A stretch of DNA of 64,000 nt from Octopus vulgaris (lineage: Eukaryota): NCBI GenBank assembly GCA_951406725.2, contig OX597816.1, positions 150,226,001-150,290,000 on the forward strand, given 5' to 3'. Positions 52,051 to 64,000 of this stretch are shown in pieces. The notes beneath the pieces are model-generated. The model saw only the letters and a program-made list of their open reading frames with translations. It searched no databases and was not told where the DNA came from. The position numbers and the translations under genes were made by a program. The number at the start of each line of letters is the position of its first letter. Positions within the stretch are counted from its first letter, which is position 1.

Positions 52051-53606
52051 CTGTAACCCTAAACACCGGGTGTGCGTATTCTTTATCTATTTCTTTACTA
52101 CCCACAAGGGGCTAAACACAGAGGGGTGTGCGTATTATTTACTTTCGCCAAAACTACTAGATCGTTTTTTTTTGTCCTCGCAAAAATATATTCCTCAACA
52201 ATTGATAATGACACAGCACGCTGGCTAACCTCATCAAAAATCAAGCAATTATCATTATAATAACCTTGAAGATGGATAGCAAAACAAGTCACAGCTTGGC
52301 TGTGATTCACGTCCGTGGCTATTTCCCTTATTCTGCTAATACTCACATAAAAAAAAAAAAACATTTTTTAAAAATAATTGAATACCACAATACCTATTCG
52401 TGGCCCCTTAAGTCAAAAGAGCTGATTCTGAGAAGACTAACAGCAAAACTAGAGTCAACTGACGGCACCCATTTTCTTTTTGGAACATGCACAGGAGTGG
52501 ATATGCAAAGTAAAGCGAATTCTGGCGTAATTTGATGCCCGATGCATTATTTTGGCATAGCAAGAATGTGTTGTCGTTGATCATATCGTTTCTTAATTTG
52601 ATAGCATACAAACAGAGCATTCTAGTTTGGAATTTTATGAAGTAGAAATACCGGATATATATATATATATATATATATATCGCATGCATAGTTTCCTACG
52701 CATTTAAACTAGAAACCACCCGCTCACGAACTTCCGAAAAGTCCATTTAAACAGAACGGTTTAACAATAAATTAACATAAGTTCCATACCTATAAATTTG
52801 TAAAATCAATTATTTTTCTCAGTACAAGTCCACCCCCATAAGTTTTATGCACTTGTAATTCGATTCTGATACTAAAAAGATATCCCTACACACCTGCAAG
52901 CAAATCGTCTTGAGCTGCGACAAGTGTATCTTGCAATAAGACTAATACTGACAAATGTAACAAATGTGCCCATGAAACTTCTCAAGAAAACAATGGATTA
53001 ATTTATTTGTTTTTTTGCTTTGTTATTTTTCAAAATATTTCATGACATTCGTTTCTACTTTTTTTTTTTAATTAAGGATATGTTTACACGAACCCAAATT
53101 TATAGATGATGACAAAAGATTTGATAATTGATCAAGTGGTGATCACGTGAAATGTCAAGTGGTGATCAACGTGCTATTTACGATATATCCATTATTTTAA
53201 TTTGTTTCAATAATTAGACTGCGGCCATGCTGGGGTTATTGCCTTGCAGAATTTAGTCGAACGAATCGACCCCAGTATCTATTCTATCGGTCTCTTTTGC
53301 CGAATCGCTAAGTTACATGAACATAAACACACCAACATCGGTTATCAAGTGGTAGTGGAGGACAGATACACACACAAACACATACATATATACAACGGGC
53401 TTCTTTCTGTTTTCGTCTACCAAATAAATTCACAAGGTCGGCTATAGTAGAGGACACTTGCCCGAAGTACCAATCTTTTACAAGTTTCAGCTCGATAGCT
53501 GTGACCATGCTTGGGTATCGCCAATAAGTATATATTATTTTTCGTAAATATTTCACACACACACACAAATCGCACCACATTCTTAACTTAATATTTGAAA
53601 TAGGAG

Positions 53607-54190
53607 AAGGCGGCGAGCTGGCAGAAACGTTAGCACGCCGGGCGAAATGCGTAGCCGTATTTCGCCTGCCGTTACGTTCTGAGTTCAAATTCCGCCGAGG
53701 TCGACTTTGCCTTTCATCCTTTCGGGGTCGATAAAATAAGTACCAGTTACGCACTGGGGTCGATGTAATCGACTTAATCCGTTTGTCTGTCCTTGTTTGT
53801 CCCCTCTGTGTTTAGCCCCTTGTGGGTAGTAAAGAAATAGGTATTTCGTTTGTCTTTATGTTCTGAGTTCAAATTCTGCCGAGATCGACTTTGCCTTTCA
53901 TCCTTTCGGGGTTGATTAAATAGGTGCCAGTTGCGCACTGGGGTCGATATAATCGATTCGGTCCGTTTGTCTGTCCTTGTTTGTTCTCTCTGTGTTTAGC
54001 TCCTTGTGGGTAGTAAAGAAATAGGTATTTCGTTTGTCTTTACGTTCTGAGTTCAAATTCCGCCGAGGTCAACTTTGCCTTTCATCTTTTCGGAGTCGAT
54101 AAATTAAGTACCAGTTGCGTACTGAGGTCGATCTAATCAACTGGCCCCCTCCCACCAAAATTTCGAGCCTTGTGCCTAGAGTATAAAAGA
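53607..54190 (+). mobile_element. Young SINE family A tandem trimer (one head, three bodies)
   Basis: Head GGCGGCGAGCTGGCAGAAACGTTAGCACGCCGGGCG. The body GTATTTCG..TTCTGAGTTCAAATTC.GCCGAG.TC.ACTTTGCCTTTCATC repeats at about 53657, 53842 and 54025. Confidence 0.85.
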
Positions 54191-54574
54191 ATATTTGAAA
54201 TAAGAATTCAGATGTATGAGGTGCGTTATAAAGACAAAAGAAAAAGAGGAAAATTACATGCTTTTTGATAAAAGCAGGATCTGTAGTCATGTTGGGGTAC
54301 AAGAAAAGGATAGAATTTACTGGTAGATTCATTGGACATCATTGTATTATTAAAAGTCACGTATTTATATTTTCAGGGTATATAAGATCATGCGTTGGCA
54401 TTTCGATCCAAGCAACAGAATCACAAAAATGTAAGAGATTTCATAGGTGAATGTGAAAATGTTATATTGGTCTTATAAAATGTTCTAAGTTAGACACACA
54501 CATGCATGCCTGTCTACCTACCTACCAACCTACTACCTGCTTGCCTACCTCCATCTCTTCCTACACACATACAC

Positions 54575-56066
54575 ACATTCATAGCAGCTTTGGCAGGAAA
54601 AGAACCCACCCCTGGACCTGTAATAGATACATTACATCCCACGTAGAAGGATATGCCTTTGCTATCCAGGAACAGGAAATAACTACTAAGTATAAGATAG
54701 ACAAGAGAGGCAAAGATACCACCAAACTTCCACGTTGTGATAGAAAATGTCGGCTATGCTATATCATCAGTGTGCAAGATACCACCTACATCAGTAGCAG
54801 GTGCCCCAAAATGTGTACGAGATATTACCTACCATTGAAACAGGATATAGTTGTAAAAACTGTTTACAATGCACAGGAAGGATTGCCTTGGGAGATACAT
54901 TAAACGTAGGTCAAAATCATAATATATTCGCACTTTTAAAAACAAGGAATACTAGTGGAATACTCCAATAAAATCCGGTAAAAACACAACAGACCTGATA
55001 TTGTTTTGTAGTGCAGGGAACAAAATTCATGCAGTGTTGTAGAGGTCAGCTACCAGGTGGATGTCAACGAACCATCAAAAGTCCAGGAAAAAGAGAACGT
55101 TCATAGTAAACTAATGTGGAACTTATAGCTCTTGTACTCGAACTATAAATGTTGATTTTACCTATCATCATAGGTGCATTAAGCTATGTATCAGGTTTAC
55201 ACAAAAATCTAGAAATACTAACTTTTTCGAAGAATGAACGAAACAAACTGACGCACATTCACCAAATGCAATCTATCAGTATTGTATTGTATTGTATTGG
55301 CATCCTTTCTGTCTCGGGAGACAATGGAGTTGCGCATGAAGTAGTCTAGTCCGGCTTTTATATTTCATGTCCTGATACATTTCCTGCTGTGGCTGTGTAG
55401 TCCTATCCTGGACAAACACTCCCTCTGGCAGGTACCGCAAATGTAGCGAAGACTGTTCCTGGCTGGTTGTAGTGCCATAGTCTCTTGTTTACGTCTCTTC
55501 CTTTCTTTCCATTTCTCCTCTCTCTCTGTCACTCTTTTGTATTCCCTCTTTTACTGTACGTCGCCATTTTCCACGGTTGCCGGCAACTGCCTCCCAACCG
55601 CTAATATTGATGTTGCAGGCCTTCATGTCCCTTTTGCAAACATCCTTGTAACGTAAGATCGGTCTACCCACAGACCTAGTACCCCTAGCAAGCTCTCCGT
55701 AGAGTATGTCCTTGGGGATTCTGCCATCTTTCATGCGGCTAACATGCCCAAGCCATCTCATACGTCTTTGTGTGAGGAGTGCAAACATGCTTGATATTCC
55801 TGCTTGCCTGAGGACATCTTTGTTGGGATATGATTCTGCCATTTGATGCGGAGGATTTTTCGGAGGCAGCGCAGGTGAAAGATGTTTAGGCGACGCTCTT
55901 GGCGTGTGTATAGCGTCCAGGTCTCACTTGCATACAGTAGAGTGCTGAGATCACATGCCTGATAGATTGGTTCTATTGAGGAAACTCACTACTCTCCTCA
56001 ATAGAACCAATCTATCAGTGGCACGGTGAAAATATGTAAGACATTCCAAAGATTCTTCACCTGAGA
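54575..56066 (+). mobile_element. Degenerate RLE-type LINE 3' part (R4/Dong-like), split by an RTE insertion
   Basis: SHVEGYAFAIQEQEITT, KCRLC..ISSRCPK, NRPDI and ILPIIIGAL. The frame QMQSIS|GTVKICKTFQRF rejoins across the 55281-56019 insertion. Confidence 0.8.
55281..55966 (-). mobile_element. 5'-truncated RTE-clade (BovB-like) LINE with (ACAAT)n tail and 12-bp TSD
   Basis: STLLYASETWTLYTRQERRLNIFHLRCLRKILRIKWQ followed by QRRMRWLGHVSRMKDGRIPKDILYGEL..R.VGRPILRYKD. TSD CAATCTATCAGT at 55269-55280 and 56008-56019. Confidence 0.9.
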
Positions 56067-57364
56067 TACTTTAAATGACTATATGCACACACTTGGTAGT
56101 ATGCATCGACAATTCAACCAAATATTTACAAACAGCAGGAACTCTAACGTCTTGTCGCTTTGTTAGCGATCAGCTTGACCTCTGTTAAGAACTTAAATAA
56201 ATCTCAAAAGAAAAATCATATATGTATTGTTAATCGGTGGAAAATTACAAAATGAGTGAAACCATGTACAGAACTCTCGGGGCCTTAAGTTACATTTGTA
56301 ACTTTCTTTTGAATAAACAATTAAAATATATACTTATATATTGAGTTCTATTTATCATGTTTGTTCCACCAAACACACAGAGTTTTCAAATATACTAATC
56401 TCTTCCATCAGGTCTGTGTTAATTTGTTTATAAAATTTTTCATATTGAACTTTCAAACAATTTCTTCCCCAATAAAAAATATACTGCACATAAACACACA
56501 AACACACGCACACAATGCATGTTAGTGTATAAATGTGTGTGTGTGTGTGTAAGGGTTAGTGATTGTGATGCCACCAAGCAATTTATAACTGATGTTCACA
56601 GCGTTATATGGAAATATATGGAGAGATATATCTTTAATCTTTTTCGTAAGTCAGAAAAAATATTCCGTTCTTAATTTAGGCCATTTCATTGAGAAAAGCG
56701 TGAACATCATACATCATTTACCTTTACAATCATAGGTATTGTACTAACATCGTTCAACCGTGTAAGATTACTAAACCACATCCTATTTGATTTGTCCTAG
56801 ATATCAAAACGATTTTTTCCTTGAGAGATGCTGGTAGGAGAGTACATGTGTGTGTGTGCGCGCGCGTGTGTGTGCAGTCTCTGCTAGGTTAAGCGGTATT
56901 AATGATAATAATAATATTAAAAACTGTAGCAAATGCTGTCTTGTAAGCAAATTAAGTAGCTATATTTCGATAACCATAAGAAATCGATGTGAAATGAAGG
57001 GGCCATGTTGACATATGAAACGTGGACCTGCATGAATATAGGGAGTAGGAGAAAAATAAATATTTGATGAAAGGGTGTATATTTGCTCTTGATATCACCA
57101 GGAAACCTGAATAATCGAACGAAAAATAAGGACAGTGAAACTAATGATTGATTCTACACGATAAGCAAACTACAGAAGATTTTCAATACTGACCGGTCTA
57201 TAAAAAATTGTAAGATGGACACATAAACGTAACATATACATATGTGTATGTGTGTGTAGAAAAACTATAAAAATAAGCCGAATGCGAGAAAATTACGGAA
57301 GCAATGATTTAATGATCTGGAAAGAGAAATGGGTAATTAAACGAAAGAAAACTACTGCAGTAGC

Positions 57365-57497
57365 TCTTTCTCTCTCTCTCTTTCTTTCTTTCTCTCTCTA
57401 TTTCTTTCTTTCTTTCTCTCTCTATTTCTTTCTTTCTTTCTCTCTATTTCTTTTTTTCTTTCTATTTCTTTCTTTCTTTCTTTCTCTCTCTCTCTCT
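57365..57497. repeat. (CT)n/(CTTT)n polypyrimidine microsatellite
   Basis: Visible directly in the sequence. Confidence 0.9.
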
Positions 57498-60400
57498 GTC
57501 TATTTTTCATCTCCCACATGTACACAAGATTTATGCAAATGTGATAGTACATTAGATACCCCCTGTTAGCTCGATTGACATATAATATGTATGTATTAGT
57601 CTATGAAACTGCCTGACAAGGAAAGAGAGTACGTTGGTGTAATATTTTTTTAGTTACTCTCAGCATATTGTATCAGAATTAAATTTTAAGTTTTTATTTA
57701 TCTTAATAGAATTCATGAGCTCTACAATATGCTTGTATATGAGAAAGACTAAAAGAAAAGTCATCTGAAAAATATTGAAGATAATAAAAATGGATTCAAT
57801 GCATGTTTAGAAAATGATACACAGCAGCAGTTGTAAATGAACATATTCAGATACCAGTTGCGTGTAAGGTAGCTTCTGCAGAACATTAGACATATAACGA
57901 GCTGTGACAAATAGTCATTATTGGTATGAAAATGTGGTTGCAGACTGAATTGTTAAACGAATCATATGGAGCTGGAATTGTTTCTCTTCCGACTACCATA
58001 CCCAAATATTTAATGCATACCTTAATCAAACGATATGAAGGTTTTCGTTTTCGCTCACTGCATCTATACATACAAACATACATACATACATACACATGTA
58101 TGTATGTATGTACGTATCCGAGTCAGTTCTTACTGGAGTAACCACCCATCTAGACAGGTTAAAGGATCATGTCTAATACAGACATTTTAGTTTAGGCATG
58201 GTTTCTATAGATGTATGCCCCTCCTAACACAAATCACTTCACAGAGAGTACTGAGTGCATATTTTTCATGGCACCAGACAGGCTGTCATGTTCCCCCAAA
58301 TTCTCCCAACTCTGCATTATCTCTACTCGATTGGCAACCATTTTAAAGTGAACTAAGTGCATATTATTGTGACACCTGCACTAGTGAATTGACTTATTAA
58401 TCACAAGATCTCCACAACTGAGAGGAAGAATATAAGGGCTTTACGTGGGGTTTTGAGAGCGGTGGTAACGTTAGGCAAAATGTTGAGAGAAGTTCAAGTA
58501 TGATGGAATTTGTGGAGAGATTATCAGAGGCAGTGTAGAGAAGTAGAAGGGAAAGAGAAACAATAGTATAAGGATTAATGAGAGAGAGAAAGAATGAGTC
58601 TGCATGCGTGTCAGAGTGATTGAGGATGGTGAGGGTCGGTTGAGTAGAATATTTAGTACTACTCCACATTATTATGGGTGGACAGGTGTGTGAAATAGCA
58701 ATAAATATGATGGTGAAAGAAGCCACAACATACCGTCAAGGAAACATCCAAAAAGGTGTGAGAGCCTGGTAACAGAATATTCAGGAAGGGTGGGTGAAGG
58801 TTGCAGGAAGGGAAGGGGGTCATTTATGGATAGGAATAAGAGTTGAGGGCTTCAAGGTAAATAGGGGATCATTGTGGTCAATAGTAAATAATAGTGAGAT
58901 GGTTGATAGTAAATATGCGTATCTACAGATTTATTCCAACACTATCACTTGTTTTTTGGGGGTTTTTTTTGCTAGGACTTTGCACTAGCCCAAATCTGGT
59001 CTGTTATTCTCAGTATGTTATCTCATAGAAACACCTAGTTGTCCTCTGTGTTATAATTTTCTAGCCCGTTCTCTATCTTACCATATACATCAGCTATGAA
59101 TACTTCTCTGAACCTACAGCTGTTTGCTGACTCTTTCAATTTCTATATGCTCCTTTTTCAAATCCATATCATCTTTTATTGCTAAGTTCACCAAGTTCTT
59201 ACTCTAAAGTCACTAATCAATGGTCAATAACTAACACACCCACACACACATACAAACACTCTGTACATTTATGCAGGTATGGCTGTATGGATATGAAATT
59301 CATTTGAAACTACATAGTTTAAGGTTCAGTCCCACAGTATAGCACTTTGGGCAAGTATTTTCCACCACAGTCCCAGATTGACCAGTGCCTTCTGAGTGAG
59401 TTTAGGAGACAGCAAAAGAGTATATAATTGTGAGGAGTGGGGAAAATAATATAAAACAGAAAGAATGCAAAACGGTAGATAAACTATTTCCTTTTGTTTT
59501 ACATGTTTCATATAAAATTAAAAAGGAGAAAAATATAGAGTAAGTTAAAAAATTAAAATTCACAAACTTAGTTTCAAAAGCTTCTCACATAATAAGAACC
59601 TGAATATCCTCTTACAGAAGTTTTTAAAATTAAAATGATGAAGATATATGAACTAGTTCATAAAAAAATAACTACACAAAAACTTGCTCTAAGTTAAGTG
59701 ATGTTAGTTTAGCAGAAAAAACCCCCCAACTTTTTCTACATATTTAGCATTCAAGAAATGGTAGGTACCACTACCAGTATGTTATCAGTATAATTATCAT
59801 TATGTGTTGATATGTAAATATGTGACTGAAAGAGACCTTCTCTAATCAAATCAGAATTCATATCATTTCTAAATGCAATGATTTTACTGAAGTAATTAAC
59901 AGTTAGTTGAAGCAAGCTACTTGATGCGCATGAAATATTTCAGTGCTTAATCATGTTACCAAATGATGCACATTATACAAATTAGTCGAGCCATTTCAGC
60001 TAGATTTTAGTTTGTATCTGATATAAATAGCAATTACTGTCATTCTAGTTTCATGCAGAAAGGTGAGGGTGCTTATCCTCTAATCTCTGACAAGTGACCA
60101 ACAGTTATGACACATCTAAGAATAATCTCCTTATTTTTCTGTATGAGAAGAAAATAACAGGATTTATAGTTATTTACTTTCCACAACATGGGTGTTATAA
60201 ATTGTTGGCTTACTACATTAAATTTACTATATATACACATTATACCTAATACATGTGCATGTCCATGTGTGTGCTTACACAACCATATACATGTTTGTTG
60301 GTGGCAAATTTTCCTTTTACTTGCATCCAGACATTACTTGTTATATGCATCCTATTTTATCAAGATTTTTTTTACAGAAAACTGGAAATAAACAACCTCA

Positions 60401-60499
60401 CTTGTATAACAGTGATAGTCATTTACAACCATCATGTGACGCCAAGACAAGAATACACACAAACACATACACACATGTACATACGTATTGACACATATA

Positions 60500-60672
60500 C
60501 ATACATGTATAATGGGTTTCCTTTCAGTTTCCGTCAACCAAATCCACTCACAAGGCTTTGGTAGGTCTGGGGCTATAGTAGAAAAAACTTGCAAAAGGTG
60601 CTACACAGTGGGACTAAACCCAAGAATACATGGTTGAGAAGCAAGCTTTTCAACCACACAACTAAGCCATAT
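60500..60672 (-). mobile_element. CORE-type SINE family C copy
   Basis: TTTCAGTTTCCGTCAACCAAATCCACTCACAAGGCTTTGG...CAGTGGGACTAAACCC, the reverse complement of the 16500 element. Confidence 0.8.
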
Positions 60673-61634
60673 TTGCACATAAATACATACATACATATAT
60701 AGGAAAGAGAGAAGAGGAAGAGAGATTGTAAATATTATGCCATAAAAGATAAAAGCAAGGTTTGCAGAATGATGTATGAATAGTCTACACATACACACAC
60801 ACTATGTACAATCTCAAAACCAAATATCTTCTTTTAATAAGGACAAATATGATACGCAGACTGAATAATTTAATACACCTATGCAACAGAAAGAGAGATT
60901 AAAACAAAAAGCAGGCTTTCTTTGAAGCAACAGAAAGACAGTAATAGTTGTGAAGCTTCTGAAAATAAGCCATTTATGTTGTGAAATAGTTTAAGGCCAT
61001 TTCAAAGATTTGCTGATACTACTAATTCATAACAATATATAAAATTTTAAAAAAAGAAAATCTTTCTCTTTTCCCCAATAGGTATCACAATTAATGAATA
61101 AAGAAACAACAAGCATTAAGACTTCAAACCTCAGTAAGTCAATAGGTTAATGGATGTAGAGTGTAAAATAATAATTTCTTTTATTGACATTTGGCCACAA
61201 TTTTTGGTGGTGGCTGTAGTCGATTGAAACAATTCCAATACTTTACCACTAGTTATTTTATCACCCCTGGACAGATGACGGTATTGAAATTCAGACAATT
61301 AAGGAATCTAATGAACCAACACATTTTTTTCTGATGCTCTACTTTTTCAATTATCCACTTTCCTTGTGCACATTTTAGGAAGGCATGATCAGTTAATTAA
61401 ATCACCTTTTGTACATGATGAGTATTTATTAACCAACAATTGAAAGGCATACAATATGAAGGGACATAACCTAAAATTGCATGTCATTTTATCTGTGATG
61501 TCTTATTTCAATCACTGGTGGAATCACTAATTTAGGATGGGTACACATGATTAAATTGATATTGGTGCCAGTACTTAATAAGTAATGTAATTTTATTAAC
61601 CTCAGAAGAATAAAAACAACAACAACAATAATAA

Positions 61635-61822
61635 TGATTTCAAATTTTGGTAAAAGGTCAGCAACATTGGAGTAAGCGTATAAGTCGATTACATCGACCC
61701 CAGTTATTTTATTGACCCAAAAAAGATGAAAGTCAAAGTCAACATCAGCGGAATTTGAACTCAAGGTAAAGATTACTAAGTATTTTGCTTGACATGTTAA
61801 CAATTCTGCCAGCCCACTACCC
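61635..61822 (-). mobile_element. SINE family A copy
   Basis: AGATGAAAGTCAAAGTCAACATCAGCGGAATTTGAACTC...AATTCTGCCAGCCCACTACC. Confidence 0.7.
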
Positions 61823-61825
61823 TAA

Positions 61826-61857
<32 letters not shown>

Positions 61858-63042
61858 AGAAGAAAATCTATTATCCTCAGGAAGAAAATGAGCCAATGTC
61901 AAAAAAGAACCATTGTAGTAAAGTAAAGAGAAAGTGTGTGTGTGTGTGTGCTTTTGCATATATGTGTGAAGAATCCAAAACTAAAATAAATTCACATACG
62001 TCAAGTTATAATATAGAAAATATTACATAGTGTCAAACAAATAAAATGAATGGCCAGAAACTTGAGGGAGAGATGGAATTGATTAAATTGATGCAGAATT
62101 CACTGGCTCTTTAATTCATGAACCAGGCTGTGATGAAAAGCAAAGTGAGCACCGGTGGGATTTTAATTCAGAGAGTAGAGGGACATAGGAAAATACCAAT
62201 AGAGGAACTTAACTAAATACCAAAAGGCATTTCCTCATTGAATTTGTCACTCAAATAAATAAAATAAAGAACTAATATGACCAGAAATAAAACAAATTAA
62301 AATAGAAACATCGTTGGAAGAAGAAACAAAAACAGAGGTTTTGCTGGCCTGTTTTTAAGTGGAAAAAAAAAAATGATAAATACACAAAGGATATTATTAA
62401 AAACCCATCAGAAAAGTGAAATTTTTATTGAAATTTTCAATAATAAAAACAAAAATGAACCCATATAAATGGTCTCTTAGTTTTCCTTGTCTGCTTTAGT
62501 ATGTATTTGTGCACTCAAGTGTGAGTGTGTATGTTTCAAACATACACTCAAGTGTGAGTATGTTTCTTTCAATCATCTGTGTTTAGATGCACATACAGAT
62601 ATATTCATATGATTTTTTATTTTTAGCTTGATTTTTTTATGTATTTGAGTACCTGAGTGTGTGGTTTCACAGCTTCTTTCAGTCAATTGCATCTGGGCAC
62701 AGAGATATTTTATATAATTATTTTTTTTTACATTCACATACGACTTTAATTATGTAGCTTAAACATATTGAAAGTCTTCTTATTATGAAGTACATATACC
62801 ACCATACATATACATTCACACACACTGGTGTATCTTAAATGGAAAGAAGCAACTTTCAGTTCTGGTTCACCAAACTAGTTGAAATCTCTAGAAATTAACA
62901 CAGTTCTTTCTCACAGGACTAGAAATTTCAGAGAGAGGGTTTAATCAATTAAACTGATTCCTATACATGACTGGTACTATATTTTATAAATCCTGAAAAG
63001 ATGAAAGGAAAAGTTGAATGACTGTATTCCACATCCCATAAC

Positions 63043-63192
63043 ATCATCATCATCATCGTTTAACATCCGTTTTCCATGCTAGCATGGCTTGGATGGTTTG
63101 ACCAGGGTCTGGGAAGCCAGGAGGCTGCACCAGGTTCCAGTCTGATCTGGCAGTGTTTCTGCAGCTGGATGCCCTTCCTAATGCCAACCACA
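63043..63192 (-). mobile_element. Family B short element
   Basis: (CAT)n-CGTTTAACATCCGTTTTCCATGCTAGCATGG...CAGCTGGATGCCCTTCCTAATGCCAAC. Confidence 0.8.
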
Positions 63193-64000
63193 AGCAATAA
63201 AAAATTTTATAGACAAGTGTACATTTACAATAGCAGTACACAGTACACACACATCATTATCATTGTGCATTTTAATGGTTACTTTTTCCTGCATGCATGG
63301 ATCAAACAAAATTATTGAGTCTGACAATGGCCAGTTGCTCTTCTTGTCGCCAATCTTCACATGTCTCCAACCATGGAAATATAATTTTCCTAGTACTTTC
63401 AACACCAAAACAACAGAATGTCTGGATGTGTTTTCGTAGAAGATTGCAAACGATAAACATCCCTTGTATGATGTTGAAGTTTGATTGGAATCAGCACAAG
63501 ATATTAAGATAAGCAGATGTCAACACACATATACACACACACACACAAGCACACATATGTGATGAGCTTCTTTCAGTTGCCATGTACTAAATCCACTTAC
63601 ATGCCTTCAGTTGGCCCAGGGATTTAGTAGAAGACGCTCGTCCAAGGTGCTGTGCAGTGTGGGACTGAACCTCAAACTACAAGTGAACTTCTAAACCAAA
63701 GTCATAATCGCACTTATATATATAAGGTACAAAAACAACATACTCTGAAGGTATTTAAAGGATAGAGTAATCAAAGGTTCGGGTAATTTGGTGTATTGAA
63801 ATCCAAGAATTAGGTACCCCAAATCTTTGCCATGTATGTATGTATTCACACTCACGCACACACCACCACCACCATCATCATCTTCATCAATATCATTATC
63901 ATTTTAACAGCATTTTCCATTATTTTCCATTATTATATGGGTTAAAACAAGAGTACATTGGAGCAAAGGGTTTTATAGCTAGACACCCTTCCTTACATCA

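Overview
This is eukaryotic, AT-rich, repeat-saturated genomic DNA. The (TA)n/(CA)n microsatellites and the tRNA/CORE-type SINEs and LINE relics look like an octopod cephalopod genome (inference). Only one host coding exon is recognisable: a 403-bp minus-strand exon (33833-34235) of an L-type voltage-gated calcium channel alpha-1 subunit (Cav1). It encodes the cytoplasmic N-terminus, including an NSCaTE-like motif, a downstream Met and [26 protein letters not shown]. The exon ends at a minor-spliceosome (U12, AT-AC) donor, ATATCCTTT. I could not find the next exon (IS1) in 1-33832 or the upstream exon, so most of the window is probably Cav1 intron. The rest is decayed LINEs (CR1-group, RTE-X, RTE, R4/Dong-like), a mariner relic, several SINE families, GG-terminated MITEs with 8-bp TSDs, a 449-bp foldback palindrome and simple repeats. 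Nearly all ORFs in the supplied track are microsatellite artefacts or TE debris. A CpG-retaining domain at about 46-57 kb may mark a promoter region. I found no convincing new multi-gene system. Repeat boundaries are by eye and approximate unless a TSD or TIR is quoted.
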